56,017 nt of DNA from Bacillota bacterium (GCA_963928635.1 CAWVFT010000039.1:1-56017), one strand, 5' to 3'. Numbered from the stretch's first letter, positions 36,414 to 45,739 are shown. A program made the numbers and translations. The notes: a model not told the origin generated them from the letters alone.

Positions 36414-38417
36414 ATGAAAAAATTTTTAAAAAATATGAAAATATCTAATAAAATGGTATTATACTTTTGCTCTCTAGTCGTTGTTATAAGTGCTATCTTT
36501 TACTTTATATTACCTAATTTATTGAATTATCCACCAGACACAATTAATACTCAGTTTGATAAAGAAGTTTCAATTTTGTATTATTGTTTCCAATTTTTAA
36601 TAGCTGTTGTATTTATTTTACTAATTTTTACTATATATTTTAAAGTAGTTTTAAGAAAAGTAGATAAATGGGAAAAGACAAAAAGTAAAGATAAAGATGA
36701 AATTTTGAAAATTAGAAAATTTTGTCTTGATTTTCCTTATAAATTATATATCGCAATAGAGATTTTTCCTGTATTAATTGTTAGTTTAGTTTTAGAATTT
36801 ACTGGTAGTCATCCTGTTATTCTTATTTTTAAAATAGGTATTTTAGTTTTTAGTTTTGCTACATTATTAAGTTCATTTTTCTTAATGATTTCTAAAAACG
36901 TGTTATATCCTGTTTTAAGAGAAACTTCTATATTATTAGATATAACCGAACAAAAACATTCATTAGGACTAATGGCTAGACTAATATTTCAAATATTTCC
37001 TAGCGTTTTAGTTACAGCTTTGCTAATTGCTCTAATTGGTTATTCAAGATTAACTGTAGAAAAAGGAGATTTCTTATATACTTATTATAGTAAAGTTTTA
37101 GCTGATGCAAATTTGGATGAAAATATAGAAGGTGATCCTTTTGAATATGTAAAAGAAAATTTATCATCAATTTATATTTCACCTTCAGATTTTCTTTTTA
37201 TAGAATATCCTGATGGTACTATTAGAACTACAAATGGTACAGAACTTAGCCATTTCTTTGTAAAGTATATGCATGAATTATCTCCTTCTCATAATAATAG
37301 AGTCTATGAAGCTTATACTATAGATGCTCAAGGTGTTATTAGAGATTTTGAATATAGAGGTGTTGATTATACTGTTGGTTTCTATTATGAAATAGTAACT
37401 CCTTCTTTAATTTATTATTTCTTATTATCTGCTGGATTATTATTTTTGTTTAACCTAGTTGTAATTTGTTATATATCAAAATCTATAACTTCTGATATTC
37501 AAAGTGTTACAGACGGTTTAAATAAAATTATAGAAAGTGGAGAACATATAAATTATAAGAAATTACCTATAACTTCTAATGATGAACTTGGTGATTTGGC
37601 TATATCTTTTAACCAAATTCAAGATTTGACTAAACACAATATTGAAAAAATACATAGTAACCAAGATATGCTAATGGAAAGTGAACGTTTGGCATCTTTA
37701 GGTCAATTAATTGGTGGTATTGCTCATAACTTAAAAACTCCTATAATGTCTATCTCTGGTGCTGCAGAAGGTTTGTCTGATTTAATTAAAGAGTATGATT
37801 CTTCTATTGATGACCCAGATGTTAATTCTCAAGATCATCATGATATTGCTAAAGATATGAATGACTGGGTTGAGAAAATTAGAGAATATACAAGTTATAT
37901 GTCAGATGTTATTACAGCTGTTAAAGGTCAAGCTGTTACTATGTCTGAGACAGATTACGTTAATTTTGATATGGAAGAATTAGTTAAACGCGTTGATATT
38001 TTAATGAGACATGAATTAAAGAGTGCTTTAATATACCTAAATGTTTCTGTAAATGTTCCTGAACATACTACTATACATGGTGATATTAATACTTTAGTAC
38101 AAGTTATTAATAATATGATTTCTAACTCAATTCAGGCATATGCTGGTAAACCTGAACAAACTATAGATTTAATTATTAATAAGTCTGATGATAATATAAT
38201 TATTTCTGTTAGGGATTATGGTCCTGGCCTTCCTGATGGAGTTAAGGATAAGTTGTTTAATGAGATGATTACTACTAAAGGTAAAAATGGTACTGGCCTT
38301 GGACTTTATATGTCTTACTCTACTATTAAGGCTCATTTTAGAGGTGATATTACTTTTGAGTCAGAAAAAGGCAAAGGTGCTACATTTAATATTATTTTAC
38401 CTTTAAATGAAAAATAG
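36414..38417 (+). CDS. Multi-TM sensor histidine kinase (HAMP, HisKA and HATPase_c domains)
   Basis: About 6 TM segments and an extracytoplasmic loop of roughly 120 aa; HAMP (NDELGDLAISFNQIQ); H-box GGIAHNLKTPI; N-box NNMISNSIQA; G1 RDYGPGLP; G2 GTGLGLYMS. ATG 36414 follows a GAGGAGG SD. Confidence 0.9.
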   Translation: MKKFLKNMKISNKMVLYFCSLVVVISAIFYFILPNLLNYPPDTINTQFDKEVSILYYCFQFLIAVVFILLIFTIYFKVVLRKVDKWEKTKSKDKDEILKIRKFCLDFPYKLYIAIEIFPVLIVSLVLEFTGSHPVILIFKIGILVFSFATLLSSFFLMISKNVLYPVLRETSILLDITEQKHSLGLMARLIFQIFPSVLVTALLIALIGYSRLTVEKGDFLYTYYSKVLADANLDENIEGDPFEYVKENLSSIYISPSDFLFIEYPDGTIRTTNGTELSHFFVKYMHELSPSHNNRVYEAYTIDAQGVIRDFEYRGVDYTVGFYYEIVTPSLIYYFLLSAGLLFLFNLVVICYISKSITSDIQSVTDGLNKIIESGEHINYKKLPITSNDELGDLAISFNQIQDLTKHNIEKIHSNQDMLMESERLASLGQLIGGIAHNLKTPIMSISGAAEGLSDLIKEYDSSIDDPDVNSQDHHDIAKDMNDWVEKIREYTSYMSDVITAVKGQAVTMSETDYVNFDMEELVKRVDILMRHELKSALIYLNVSVNVPEHTTIHGDINTLVQVINNMISNSIQAYAGKPEQTIDLIINKSDDNIIISVRDYGPGLPDGVKDKLFNEMITTKGKNGTGLGLYMSYSTIKAHFRGDITFESEKGKGATFNIILPLNEK

Positions 38418-38692
38418 TATATTTACCGTTACAATTCACAGCAAATTAGTAAAATACTAAATGTTTTGTATATTATATTTCAGAAATTTTTCGGCTCAAT
38501 ACATAATTTAAGAAATTCTAAATTAATTTTTTGGCACCCTTTCACTTAGCCCTCACTTCGTTCGGCGCGAACATTTTCCAAAAAATTAATAAAGAATTTC
38601 TAAAATTACTCCAATCGCATTCAAAATTTTTTCAATATAATATATAAAACATTTAAAGTAACTAGTGCTAGGCTGTGAATTGTAACTATATA
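38418..38692. repeat. 275-nt nested imperfect palindrome inserted between the kinase and response-regulator genes
   Basis: Arms gttacaattcacagc (38428-38442) and gctgtgaattgtaac (38672-38686) are perfect. aaatgttttgtatattatatt pairs with aatataatatataaaacattt (1 mismatch), and taagaaattctaaattaatttttt pairs with aaaaaattaataaagaatttcta (2 mismatches). The GC-rich centre is ggcaccctttcacttagccctcacttcgttcggcgcgaac. Confidence 0.9.
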
Positions 38693-38712
38693 GTAACATT
38701 GAATTAATTTTT

Positions 38713-38754
38713 TTGTCAAAAATTGTTGCTTTTTGTATAACTTATTTATATAAT
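38713..38754 (+). promoter_or_regulatory. Candidate internal promoter(s) for the response-regulator gene
   Basis: TTGTCA (38713-38718)-17 nt-TATAAC (38736-38741), or alternatively TTGCTT-17 nt-TATAAT (38749-38754). Both lie between the palindrome and the RR SD. Confidence 0.35.
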
Positions 38755-38787
38755 ATGTTAAATATTACTTTCAAGGAGGTTTTACCC

Positions 38788-39846
38788 ATGAGAAAGGGCT
38801 TACAAAATAGCGAAAATATTCAAAATAATCAATATAGAATTATAGCTGTTGACGATGAAGAAGGAATTGTAGACTCTTTATCAATTTTTCTTAAAAGGTC
38901 TGGCTATGACTTTACTGGTATTACTGACCCTTTAGAAGCAATTGAAGTTGTTAAAAAGGAACATTTTGACTTAATGATTCTGGACTTTATTATGACACCT
39001 CTTCATGGCGACCAAGTCGTAGAGGAAATTAGGAAATTTAATAAAGATTTATATATTTTATTACTTACAGGTCATAAAGATTTAGCTCCTCCTTTAGAGA
39101 CAATTAGGAGGTTGGACATTCAAGGTTATTGTGAAAAAAGCGATAAATTCGATCAATTGCTATTATTAATTGAGTCTGGCATAAAATCCATTAAACAAAT
39201 GAATCAAATTAAACAAATTAATTTGGAATTAAAAGATACAAATGAAAAATTAGAACAAGCATATTTAGATTCTATAGAAACATTACGTTATACAATAGAA
39301 GCTAAAGATATATATACAAGAGGTCATTCAGATAGAGTTGCAGAATTTTCTGTGTTAATAGGTAAAAAATTAGGTCTTTCTGATAAAGATTTACATACTT
39401 TACATTTAGGCGGTCTATTCCATGATATTGGAAAAATAGGTGTTCCTGATAGTATTTTGCAAAAAGCTGACAAATTGACAGATGATGAATATTCTCAGAT
39501 AAAACAGCATCCAAATATAGGTGTTCACATATTATCAAATGCAGAAATTTTTAATGATATTTTGCCTATTGTAGAACATCATCACGAAAGATATGATGGT
39601 AATGGTTACCCTGGCAAATTAGCTGGCGAAGATATTCCATATCTTGCTAGAATTGCAGCTGTTGCAGATAGTTTTGATGCTATGTCTTCAAGAAGGGCTT
39701 ATCGTGATTCTTTGCCTTTAGATAAAATTGTATCTGAATTTATGCGTTGCAGAGGTACGCAGTTTGACCCAAAAATTGATGATGTTTTTATAGATATTTT
39801 GGAAAATCATTTTGATGAAATAAAAGAAATTCAAGAAAAATACTAG
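38788..39846 (+). CDS. Response regulator with an HD-GYP output domain (RpfG-type c-di-GMP phosphodiesterase)
   Basis: REC domain (IIAVDDEEG ... DLMILDFIMTP); HD-GYP domain (HSDRV ... LFHDIGKIGVP ... HHHERYDGNGYPGKL ... VADSFDAMSSRRAYR). ATG 38788 follows an AAGGAGG SD. Confidence 0.9.
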   Translation: MRKGLQNSENIQNNQYRIIAVDDEEGIVDSLSIFLKRSGYDFTGITDPLEAIEVVKKEHFDLMILDFIMTPLHGDQVVEEIRKFNKDLYILLLTGHKDLAPPLETIRRLDIQGYCEKSDKFDQLLLLIESGIKSIKQMNQIKQINLELKDTNEKLEQAYLDSIETLRYTIEAKDIYTRGHSDRVAEFSVLIGKKLGLSDKDLHTLHLGGLFHDIGKIGVPDSILQKADKLTDDEYSQIKQHPNIGVHILSNAEIFNDILPIVEHHHERYDGNGYPGKLAGEDIPYLARIAAVADSFDAMSSRRAYRDSLPLDKIVSEFMRCRGTQFDPKIDDVFIDILENHFDEIKEIQEKY

Positions 39847-39954
39847 GGATTTAGGGACGTATCTCTAAATCCCTATTTTTCGGGATTTCGGGGACAGATC
39901 TCAATTTTTTACATCTAATTTGCCAAAGGGTGCCAAATTGCCCCGTCCCCAATG
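39846..39954. repeat. Composite of four intergenic motif families between the RR and tex (convergent)
   Basis: gggatttagggacgtatctc (39846-39865) is the reverse complement of 3389-3408. Also present: the hairpin gggatttag/ctaaatccc, ggggacagatc (39890-39900), gccaaagggtgccaaa (39922-39937) and gccccgtcccc (39940-39950). Confidence 0.85.
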
Positions 39955-42141
39955 TCAAATTCCTTTCATTGATAGTGCAACTTTTTGTCTTTCTGCATCT
40001 ATTTTAATAACTTTAACTTTTACAATGTCTCCAACAGATACTATATCTGATGGGTTTTTTATGTATTTATCACTCATTTCTGATATATGTACTAATCCAT
40101 CATGTTTTACTCCAATATCTACAAATGCTCCAAAGTCTATTACATTTCTTACTGTTCCAGTTAAAATCATTCCTTCTTTTAAATCTTCTAGTTTTAAAAC
40201 GTCGCTTCTTAATATTGGTTTTGGCATATCTTCTCTTGGGTCTCTTCCTGGTTTTGATAATTCTGATATTATATCTGTTAATGTCATCTCTCCTATTCCC
40301 AATTCTTTTGCTGTTTTTGGGATGTCTATTGTTTTTAGTTTTTCTCGTAAGTTTTGTAATTTTTCTTTATCTCTTAAATCGTTTTTATCAAACCCTATAC
40401 TTGCAAGTAATTTTTCTGTTGCTTCATAGCTTTCTGGGTGTACTGCTGTTATTTCTAATGGGTTATCCCCATCCATTATTCTTAAAAATCCTGCACATTG
40501 TTCAAATGCTACTTTTCCTAGTTTTGGTACTTTTAGTAATTGTTTTCTATTTTTTAATTTTCCATTTTCATCTCTATATTTTACAATATTTTTAGCAATT
40601 GTACTGTTTATTCCTGATACATATGAAAGAAGTGATGGTGTTGCTGTGTTTACATCTACTCCTACTTTATTAACACTATCTTCTACGACTCCTGTAAGAC
40701 TTTCTGCTAATTTTTTCTGGTTTACATCATGTTGATATTGTCCTACTCCAATTGCCTTTGGGTCTATTTTTACTAATTCTGCTAGTGGGTCTTGTAGTCT
40801 TCTTGCTATTGATATTGCCCCTCTTATTGATACATTTATATCTGGATATTCTTCTGTTGCAAGTTTTGATGCTGAATATACAGATGCTCCTGCTTCACTT
40901 ACAATTACATAATGTACTGGTCTTGATGCTTCTTTTATCATATCTGCTACAAACATTTCTGATTCTCTTGATGCTGTTCCATTTCCTATTGCTATCATAT
41001 CTATTTTATCTTTGTCTATTAGTTTTAATAGTTCTTTTTTTGCTCCTTCTACATCATTTTGTGGTTCTGTTGGATATACTGTTGTATAGTCTAATACTTT
41101 TCCCGTCTCATCTATTACTGCTATTTTACATCCTGTTCTATATGCTGGGTCAAATCCCATTACTGTTTTTCCCTTTATTGGTGCTCCTAATAGCAGTTGT
41201 TTTGAGTTTTGTCCAAATACTTTTATTGCTTTATCTTCTGCTTTTTCTGTTAAGTCAGATCTTATTTCCCTATCTATTGATGGTTCTATTAGTCTTTTAA
41301 AAGCATCTAGTATTGTGTCTTTTAGCATTTCTGTAAATTGTGTTTCACCTTTTATTATATCTTTTTCTATATAGTTTAAAATTTTTTCTTCTGGTTTTTC
41401 TATTTTTACCTTTATAAATTCTTCTTTTTCTCCTCTATTTATTGCTAATATTCTATGACTTGGTATGTATTTTATTGGCTCTTTGTAATCATAATACATT
41501 TCGTAGTTTGATTTTTCGTCTTCTTTTGATGCTTTTGTTTCTATTAATGCTTCTCTGTAGCATTGTCTTTTTATTTCTTTTCTGTATTTTGGATTATCAG
41601 ATATGTCTTCTGCTATTATATCTAATGCTCCTTGTATTGCTTGTTCTGCATTTTCTACTACTTTATCTTTATTCTTCTTATCTTCTTCTGATAATTTTTC
41701 AATGTTTATGTATTCTTTGGCTATTTCTTCTATTGGTTTTGTTTCTTTTTGTTCTATTATTATTTGAGCTAGTGGCTCTAATCCTTTTGCTTTTGCAACT
41801 GTTGCTCTTGTTTTCTTTTTCTGTTTATATGGTCTATATATATCTTCTACTTCTGCTAGTGTTTTTGCTATTGCTACTGCTTGAAGAATTTCATCTGTAA
41901 GTTTTCCTTGTTCATCTATTGATTTTATTACTTCTTCTTTTCTTTGTTCTAGGTTTCTTAAATAATTTAATCTTTCCCCTAATTCCCTAAGTGTTTCGTC
42001 GCTTAGGCCTCCTGTTGCTTCTTTTCTATATCTTGCTATAAATGGTATTGTGTTCCCCTCATCTATTAGGTTTACTGCCGCTTCTACTTGTGTTTCTTTT
42101 ATGTTTAATTCTTCTGCTATTTGTTTATTTATTTTACTCAT
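39955..42141 (-). CDS. tex: Tex-like transcription accessory protein (YqgF, HhH and S1 domains)
   Basis: The N-terminal IAEELNIKETQVEAAVNLIDEGNTIPFIARYRKE is a classic Tex N-terminus. The C-terminal S1 domain is GMILTGTVRNVIDFGAFVDIGVKHDGLVHISE. Confidence 0.9.
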   Translation of the reverse strand: MSKINKQIAEELNIKETQVEAAVNLIDEGNTIPFIARYRKEATGGLSDETLRELGERLNYLRNLEQRKEEVIKSIDEQGKLTDEILQAVAIAKTLAEVEDIYRPYKQKKKTRATVAKAKGLEPLAQIIIEQKETKPIEEIAKEYINIEKLSEEDKKNKDKVVENAEQAIQGALDIIAEDISDNPKYRKEIKRQCYREALIETKASKEDEKSNYEMYYDYKEPIKYIPSHRILAINRGEKEEFIKVKIEKPEEKILNYIEKDIIKGETQFTEMLKDTILDAFKRLIEPSIDREIRSDLTEKAEDKAIKVFGQNSKQLLLGAPIKGKTVMGFDPAYRTGCKIAVIDETGKVLDYTTVYPTEPQNDVEGAKKELLKLIDKDKIDMIAIGNGTASRESEMFVADMIKEASRPVHYVIVSEAGASVYSASKLATEEYPDINVSIRGAISIARRLQDPLAELVKIDPKAIGVGQYQHDVNQKKLAESLTGVVEDSVNKVGVDVNTATPSLLSYVSGINSTIAKNIVKYRDENGKLKNRKQLLKVPKLGKVAFEQCAGFLRIMDGDNPLEITAVHPESYEATEKLLASIGFDKNDLRDKEKLQNLREKLKTIDIPKTAKELGIGEMTLTDIISELSKPGRDPREDMPKPILRSDVLKLEDLKEGMILTGTVRNVIDFGAFVDIGVKHDGLVHISEMSDKYIKNPSDIVSVGDIVKVKVIKIDAERQKVALSMKGI

Positions 42142-42163
42142 CTTCTTTGTTCCTTTCTAACTC

Positions 42164-43747
42164 TTATTCTACTCCCAAATATTCATTATATGTGCATTCT
42201 TTGTCTATTATTTTTCCATCTTCTTTTATGTCTATAATTCTGTTTGCTACTGTTTGTGTTAATTGATGGTCATGTGATGTAAACAGAATATTCCCTTTAA
42301 ATCTGCTCATACCTTCATTTAATGCGGTTATACTTTCCATGTCTAGATGGTTTGTTGGTTCATCAAATATTAGGAAGTTCGCTCCTGATAACATCATTTT
42401 TGATAATACACATCTTACTTTTTCTCCTCCAGATAATACACTTACTTGTTTTAAAGCTTCATCTCCTGAGAATAACATTCTGCCTAAAAAGCTCCTTACA
42501 TATGTTTCATCTGGGTCTTTTGAGTATTTTCTTAACCATTCTGTTATATTTTCGTTTGTTTCGAATAAATAGCTATTATCTTTAGGGAAATAGTCTTTTG
42601 TGATGGTTGTTCCCCATTCTAAACTACCTGTGTCTGGCTCCATTTCTCCTGCTATTATTTGAAATAATACTGTTTTTGCAAGTTCATTGTCTGCTAGAAA
42701 TGCAATTTTGTTATCTTGTTTTACATCAAATGTTATATTATCTAGTAGTTTTACTCCGTCTACTGTTTTTGACACATTTTTAACTTTTAAAATTTCTTTT
42801 CCTGCTTCTCTATCTGGTTTGAAGTCTATATATGGGTATTTTCTGTTTGATGGTTTTATTTCTTCTAGTTCTATTTTTTCTAGTGTTTTCTTTCTTGATG
42901 TTGCTTGTTTTGATTTTGATGCATTTGCACTAAATCTTGCTATAAAGTCTTGTAATTCTTTTATTTTTTCCTCTTTCTTTTTGTTTTGTTCTCTTGCTTG
43001 TTTTAAAGCTAATTGGCTTGACTCATACCAAAAATCATAGTTTCCTGGGTATATTTTTATTTTTCCAAAATCTACATCTGCTATATATGTACATATTTTG
43101 TTTAAGAAATATCTATCATGTGATACTACTATTACTGTATTTTCATAGTTTATTAAGAATTCTTGCAACCATTCAATACTTTTCATATCTAAGTCATTTG
43201 TTGGTTCGTCTAATAATAGCACATCTGGATTTCCAAATAAGCTTTGTGCTAATAAAACTTTTACTTTCTCTCTATCTTCGATTTCTTTCATGTATTTATA
43301 GTGGTCTTCTGGTACTATTCCTAAATCATTTAATAGCATTGCTGCATCTGATTCTGCATTCCAACCATCTAATTCTGCAAATCTTTCTTCTAGTTTTGCT
43401 GCTTTCATTCCGTCTTCTTCTGAAAAGTCTGGTTTTGCATATATTTCTTCTTTCTCTTTCATTATGTCATATAATTCTTTATTTCCCATTAATACTGTAT
43501 CTATTACTGTGTATTCATCAAAAGCAAAGTGGTCTTGTTTTAATATTGATATTCTTTCACCTTTGTCTATTGTTACGTCTCCTTTGCTTGGCTCTAATTC
43601 ACCTGATAATACCTTTAAAAATGTTGATTTCCCTGCTCCATTTGCTCCTATTATTCCATAACAGTTTCCTTTTGTGAATTTTATATTTACATCTTCAAAT
43701 AATACTCTTTTTCCAAATCTTACGGTTACTCCATTTACACTTAACAT
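42164..43747 (-). CDS. ABC-F family ATPase (YbiT-like)
   Basis: Two nucleotide-binding domains (NBDs) and no TM segments. NBD1 has Walker A GANGAGKST and Walker B LLLDEPTNDLD. NBD2 has signature LSGGEKVR and Walker B LIFDEPTNHLD. The NBD2 Walker A is degenerate: ADNELAKT (42671-42694). Confidence 0.85.
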   Translation of the reverse strand: MLSVNGVTVRFGKRVLFEDVNIKFTKGNCYGIIGANGAGKSTFLKVLSGELEPSKGDVTIDKGERISILKQDHFAFDEYTVIDTVLMGNKELYDIMKEKEEIYAKPDFSEEDGMKAAKLEERFAELDGWNAESDAAMLLNDLGIVPEDHYKYMKEIEDREKVKVLLAQSLFGNPDVLLLDEPTNDLDMKSIEWLQEFLINYENTVIVVSHDRYFLNKICTYIADVDFGKIKIYPGNYDFWYESSQLALKQAREQNKKKEEKIKELQDFIARFSANASKSKQATSRKKTLEKIELEEIKPSNRKYPYIDFKPDREAGKEILKVKNVSKTVDGVKLLDNITFDVKQDNKIAFLADNELAKTVLFQIIAGEMEPDTGSLEWGTTITKDYFPKDNSYLFETNENITEWLRKYSKDPDETYVRSFLGRMLFSGDEALKQVSVLSGGEKVRCVLSKMMLSGANFLIFDEPTNHLDMESITALNEGMSRFKGNILFTSHDHQLTQTVANRIIDIKEDGKIIDKECTYNEYLGVE

Positions 43748-43860
43748 TTTGCCATCTTCCTTTCTTTCTGTATAATTATTATTTTAAATTAATTTTTGTT
43801 GTTATTATTGTTTTACAAATGGCATTATATACTATTTTCTAGTTGTTTTCAAGTATTTGA

Positions 43861-44089
43861 AAAATTTAAAAGACATCATTTTACCATTTTATATTTTTTG
43901 TATTGCTCCCGAAGGTAATAATTTATTAATTTTTTCATTTCCCCCATTCTAAAAATTCTAACAAAAGTTTTTACAAACTTTTGAGAATTTTTGAACGGTC
44001 CCCACCGCTTTTCAAAATTAATAAATTATTACCTTCTCGCGCAATTATAATAACAACATTAAGTGGTAAAATGATGTCTTATAAAATTT
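43861..44089. repeat. About 230-nt nested imperfect palindrome
   Basis: aagacatcattttacca (43870-43886) with tggtaaaatgatgtctt (44064-44080). gaaggtaataatttattaatttt (43911-43933) with its perfect complement (44014-44036). Inner arms aaaaattcta..aaagttt and aaacttt..agaattttt. A gtcccc motif lies at 43998-44003. Confidence 0.9.
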
Positions 44090-44281
44090 TTAGTCTTTTT
44101 CAAATAATAATTTAATTCCCCATAGTCCAGAAAGGCCTACTAATCCATAGATAATTCTTGACCAAACTGTCATTTCACCGAAGATAGCAGCCACTAAGTC
44201 AAATCTAAAAAGTGCTATTAATCCCCAGTTTATTGCTCCTATTATTATTAACAATAGAGCTATTTTATCTATAACTTTCAT
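44090..44281 (-). CDS. DUF378 family small membrane protein
   Basis: A two-TM 63-aa protein; IGAINWGLIALFRFDLVAAIFG is typical of DUF378. Confidence 0.7.
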   Translation of the reverse strand: MKVIDKIALLLIIIGAINWGLIALFRFDLVAAIFGEMTVWSRIIYGLVGLSGLWGIKLLFEKD

Positions 44282-44422
44282 TTTTTACCTCCTTTATTAG
44301 TTGATTAAAATCAACTAGTTTTTCTTATTTTTCTCTTTTTATTTTAAAATTATACATTTTATTGAATTTTTTGTTTTTTTATGATAATTTATTATTAATA
44401 ATTTGAATTTGGAGATGATATT

Positions 44423-45739
44423 ATGAGGAGAAGTTCTAGAAATCATAAAAGAAAATCCAAAAGTTTTAAAAATTTATTAGTAAATATTGATACTAAAAAA
44501 TTTATTTTATTTATGATTATTTTGTTTTTAATTTTTCTTATTTTATTTACTTGTATAAAATTAAAAAATGTTAGACACTCTATTTCAGCTTTTAATTATG
44601 AAATATCTGAATTAAATACTTCTAATTCTACACAAACTAATATTTCGCAAAATGAATCAAATTCAAATAATACTTCTGCAGAAAATGCAGAAACAACTAA
44701 TGATTCAACCTCTTTTACGATAGCTGCTATTGGTGACGTTATGTGCCATAATTCTCAATATTTAGATGCATATAATAAATCTACTGATGATTATGATTTT
44801 TCTTCTGTTTTTTCAGATATTATTAATTATACAAAAATTCCTAATCTTACAATAGGAAACTTAGAGACAACTTTTGCTGGAAAAGATGTTGGATATAGCA
44901 ATTATCCTACTTTTAATACTCCTGATAATCTAGCAACAAGTTTAAGAGATATTGGAGTTGATGTTTTATCAACAGCTGGTAATCATTCTCTTGATAAGGG
45001 TTTTTCTGGCTTAAGTAGAACAATTGATGTTTTAGATAAAAATCTTATTTATAATGTGGGTACGAATAAAACTCAGGAAGATCAAGATACAATTTTATAT
45101 CAATATGTTAAAGGGGTAAAAATTGCTATTCTTTCATATACTTATGGAACAAATGGTATAAAAATACCTTCTGATAAACCTTATTGTGTTAATTTAATTG
45201 ATAGAGATTTAATAAAATCACATATTGAAAAAGCAAAATCAGAAGATGCAGATTTAATAATTTGTTGTATGCATTGGGGAGTAGAATATCAAGAAACTCC
45301 TAATAAAGAACAGAAAGATTTGGCAGATTTTCTTTTTCAAAATGGTGTTGATATAGTTTTAGGAAATCATCCTCACACTATACAACCAATGGAAAAAAGG
45401 ACTGTAACTTTAGAAGATGGAACAACTAAAGACGGTTTTATAATCTATGCATTAGGTAATTTTATTGGAGATCAAAGAGATGTAGATACAAGAAGTTCTA
45501 TTATTTTAGAATTATCTCTTACAAAGCATGAAGATTCTCATATTTCGATAGATGATGTTTCTTACACACCTATTTATATGTATAAAAATAATTCCGCTTC
45601 TTCTCATAAATTTAAAGTTTTAGACATTGAAAAAACTATTTCTGATTATGAAAAAGGAATTGATACTTCTATTGGAAAATCTATGTATAATACTTTAAAA
45701 TCTCAACTTAATAGAATAAATGAGATTTTGGGTAATTAA
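44423..45739 (+). CDS. CapA family (PGA_cap metallophosphatase-like) protein with an N-terminal TM anchor
   Basis: AIGDVMCH, GNHSLD, CMHWGVEY and GNHPH motifs. Confidence 0.8.
   Translation: MRRSSRNHKRKSKSFKNLLVNIDTKKFILFMIILFLIFLILFTCIKLKNVRHSISAFNYEISELNTSNSTQTNISQNESNSNNTSAENAETTNDSTSFTIAAIGDVMCHNSQYLDAYNKSTDDYDFSSVFSDIINYTKIPNLTIGNLETTFAGKDVGYSNYPTFNTPDNLATSLRDIGVDVLSTAGNHSLDKGFSGLSRTIDVLDKNLIYNVGTNKTQEDQDTILYQYVKGVKIAILSYTYGTNGIKIPSDKPYCVNLIDRDLIKSHIEKAKSEDADLIICCMHWGVEYQETPNKEQKDLADFLFQNGVDIVLGNHPHTIQPMEKRTVTLEDGTTKDGFIIYALGNFIGDQRDVDTRSSIILELSLTKHEDSHISIDDVSYTPIYMYKNNSASSHKFKVLDIEKTISDYEKGIDTSIGKSMYNTLKSQLNRINEILGN

Noticed and set aside
39920-43677. Plus-strand ORFs of 169, 181, 182, 152, 74, 87, 77, 117, 227 and 65 aa overlapping tex and the ABC-F gene
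   Set aside because: They are antisense shadows of two well-supported genes, with hydrophobic low-complexity translations and no recognisable motifs or ribosome-binding sites.
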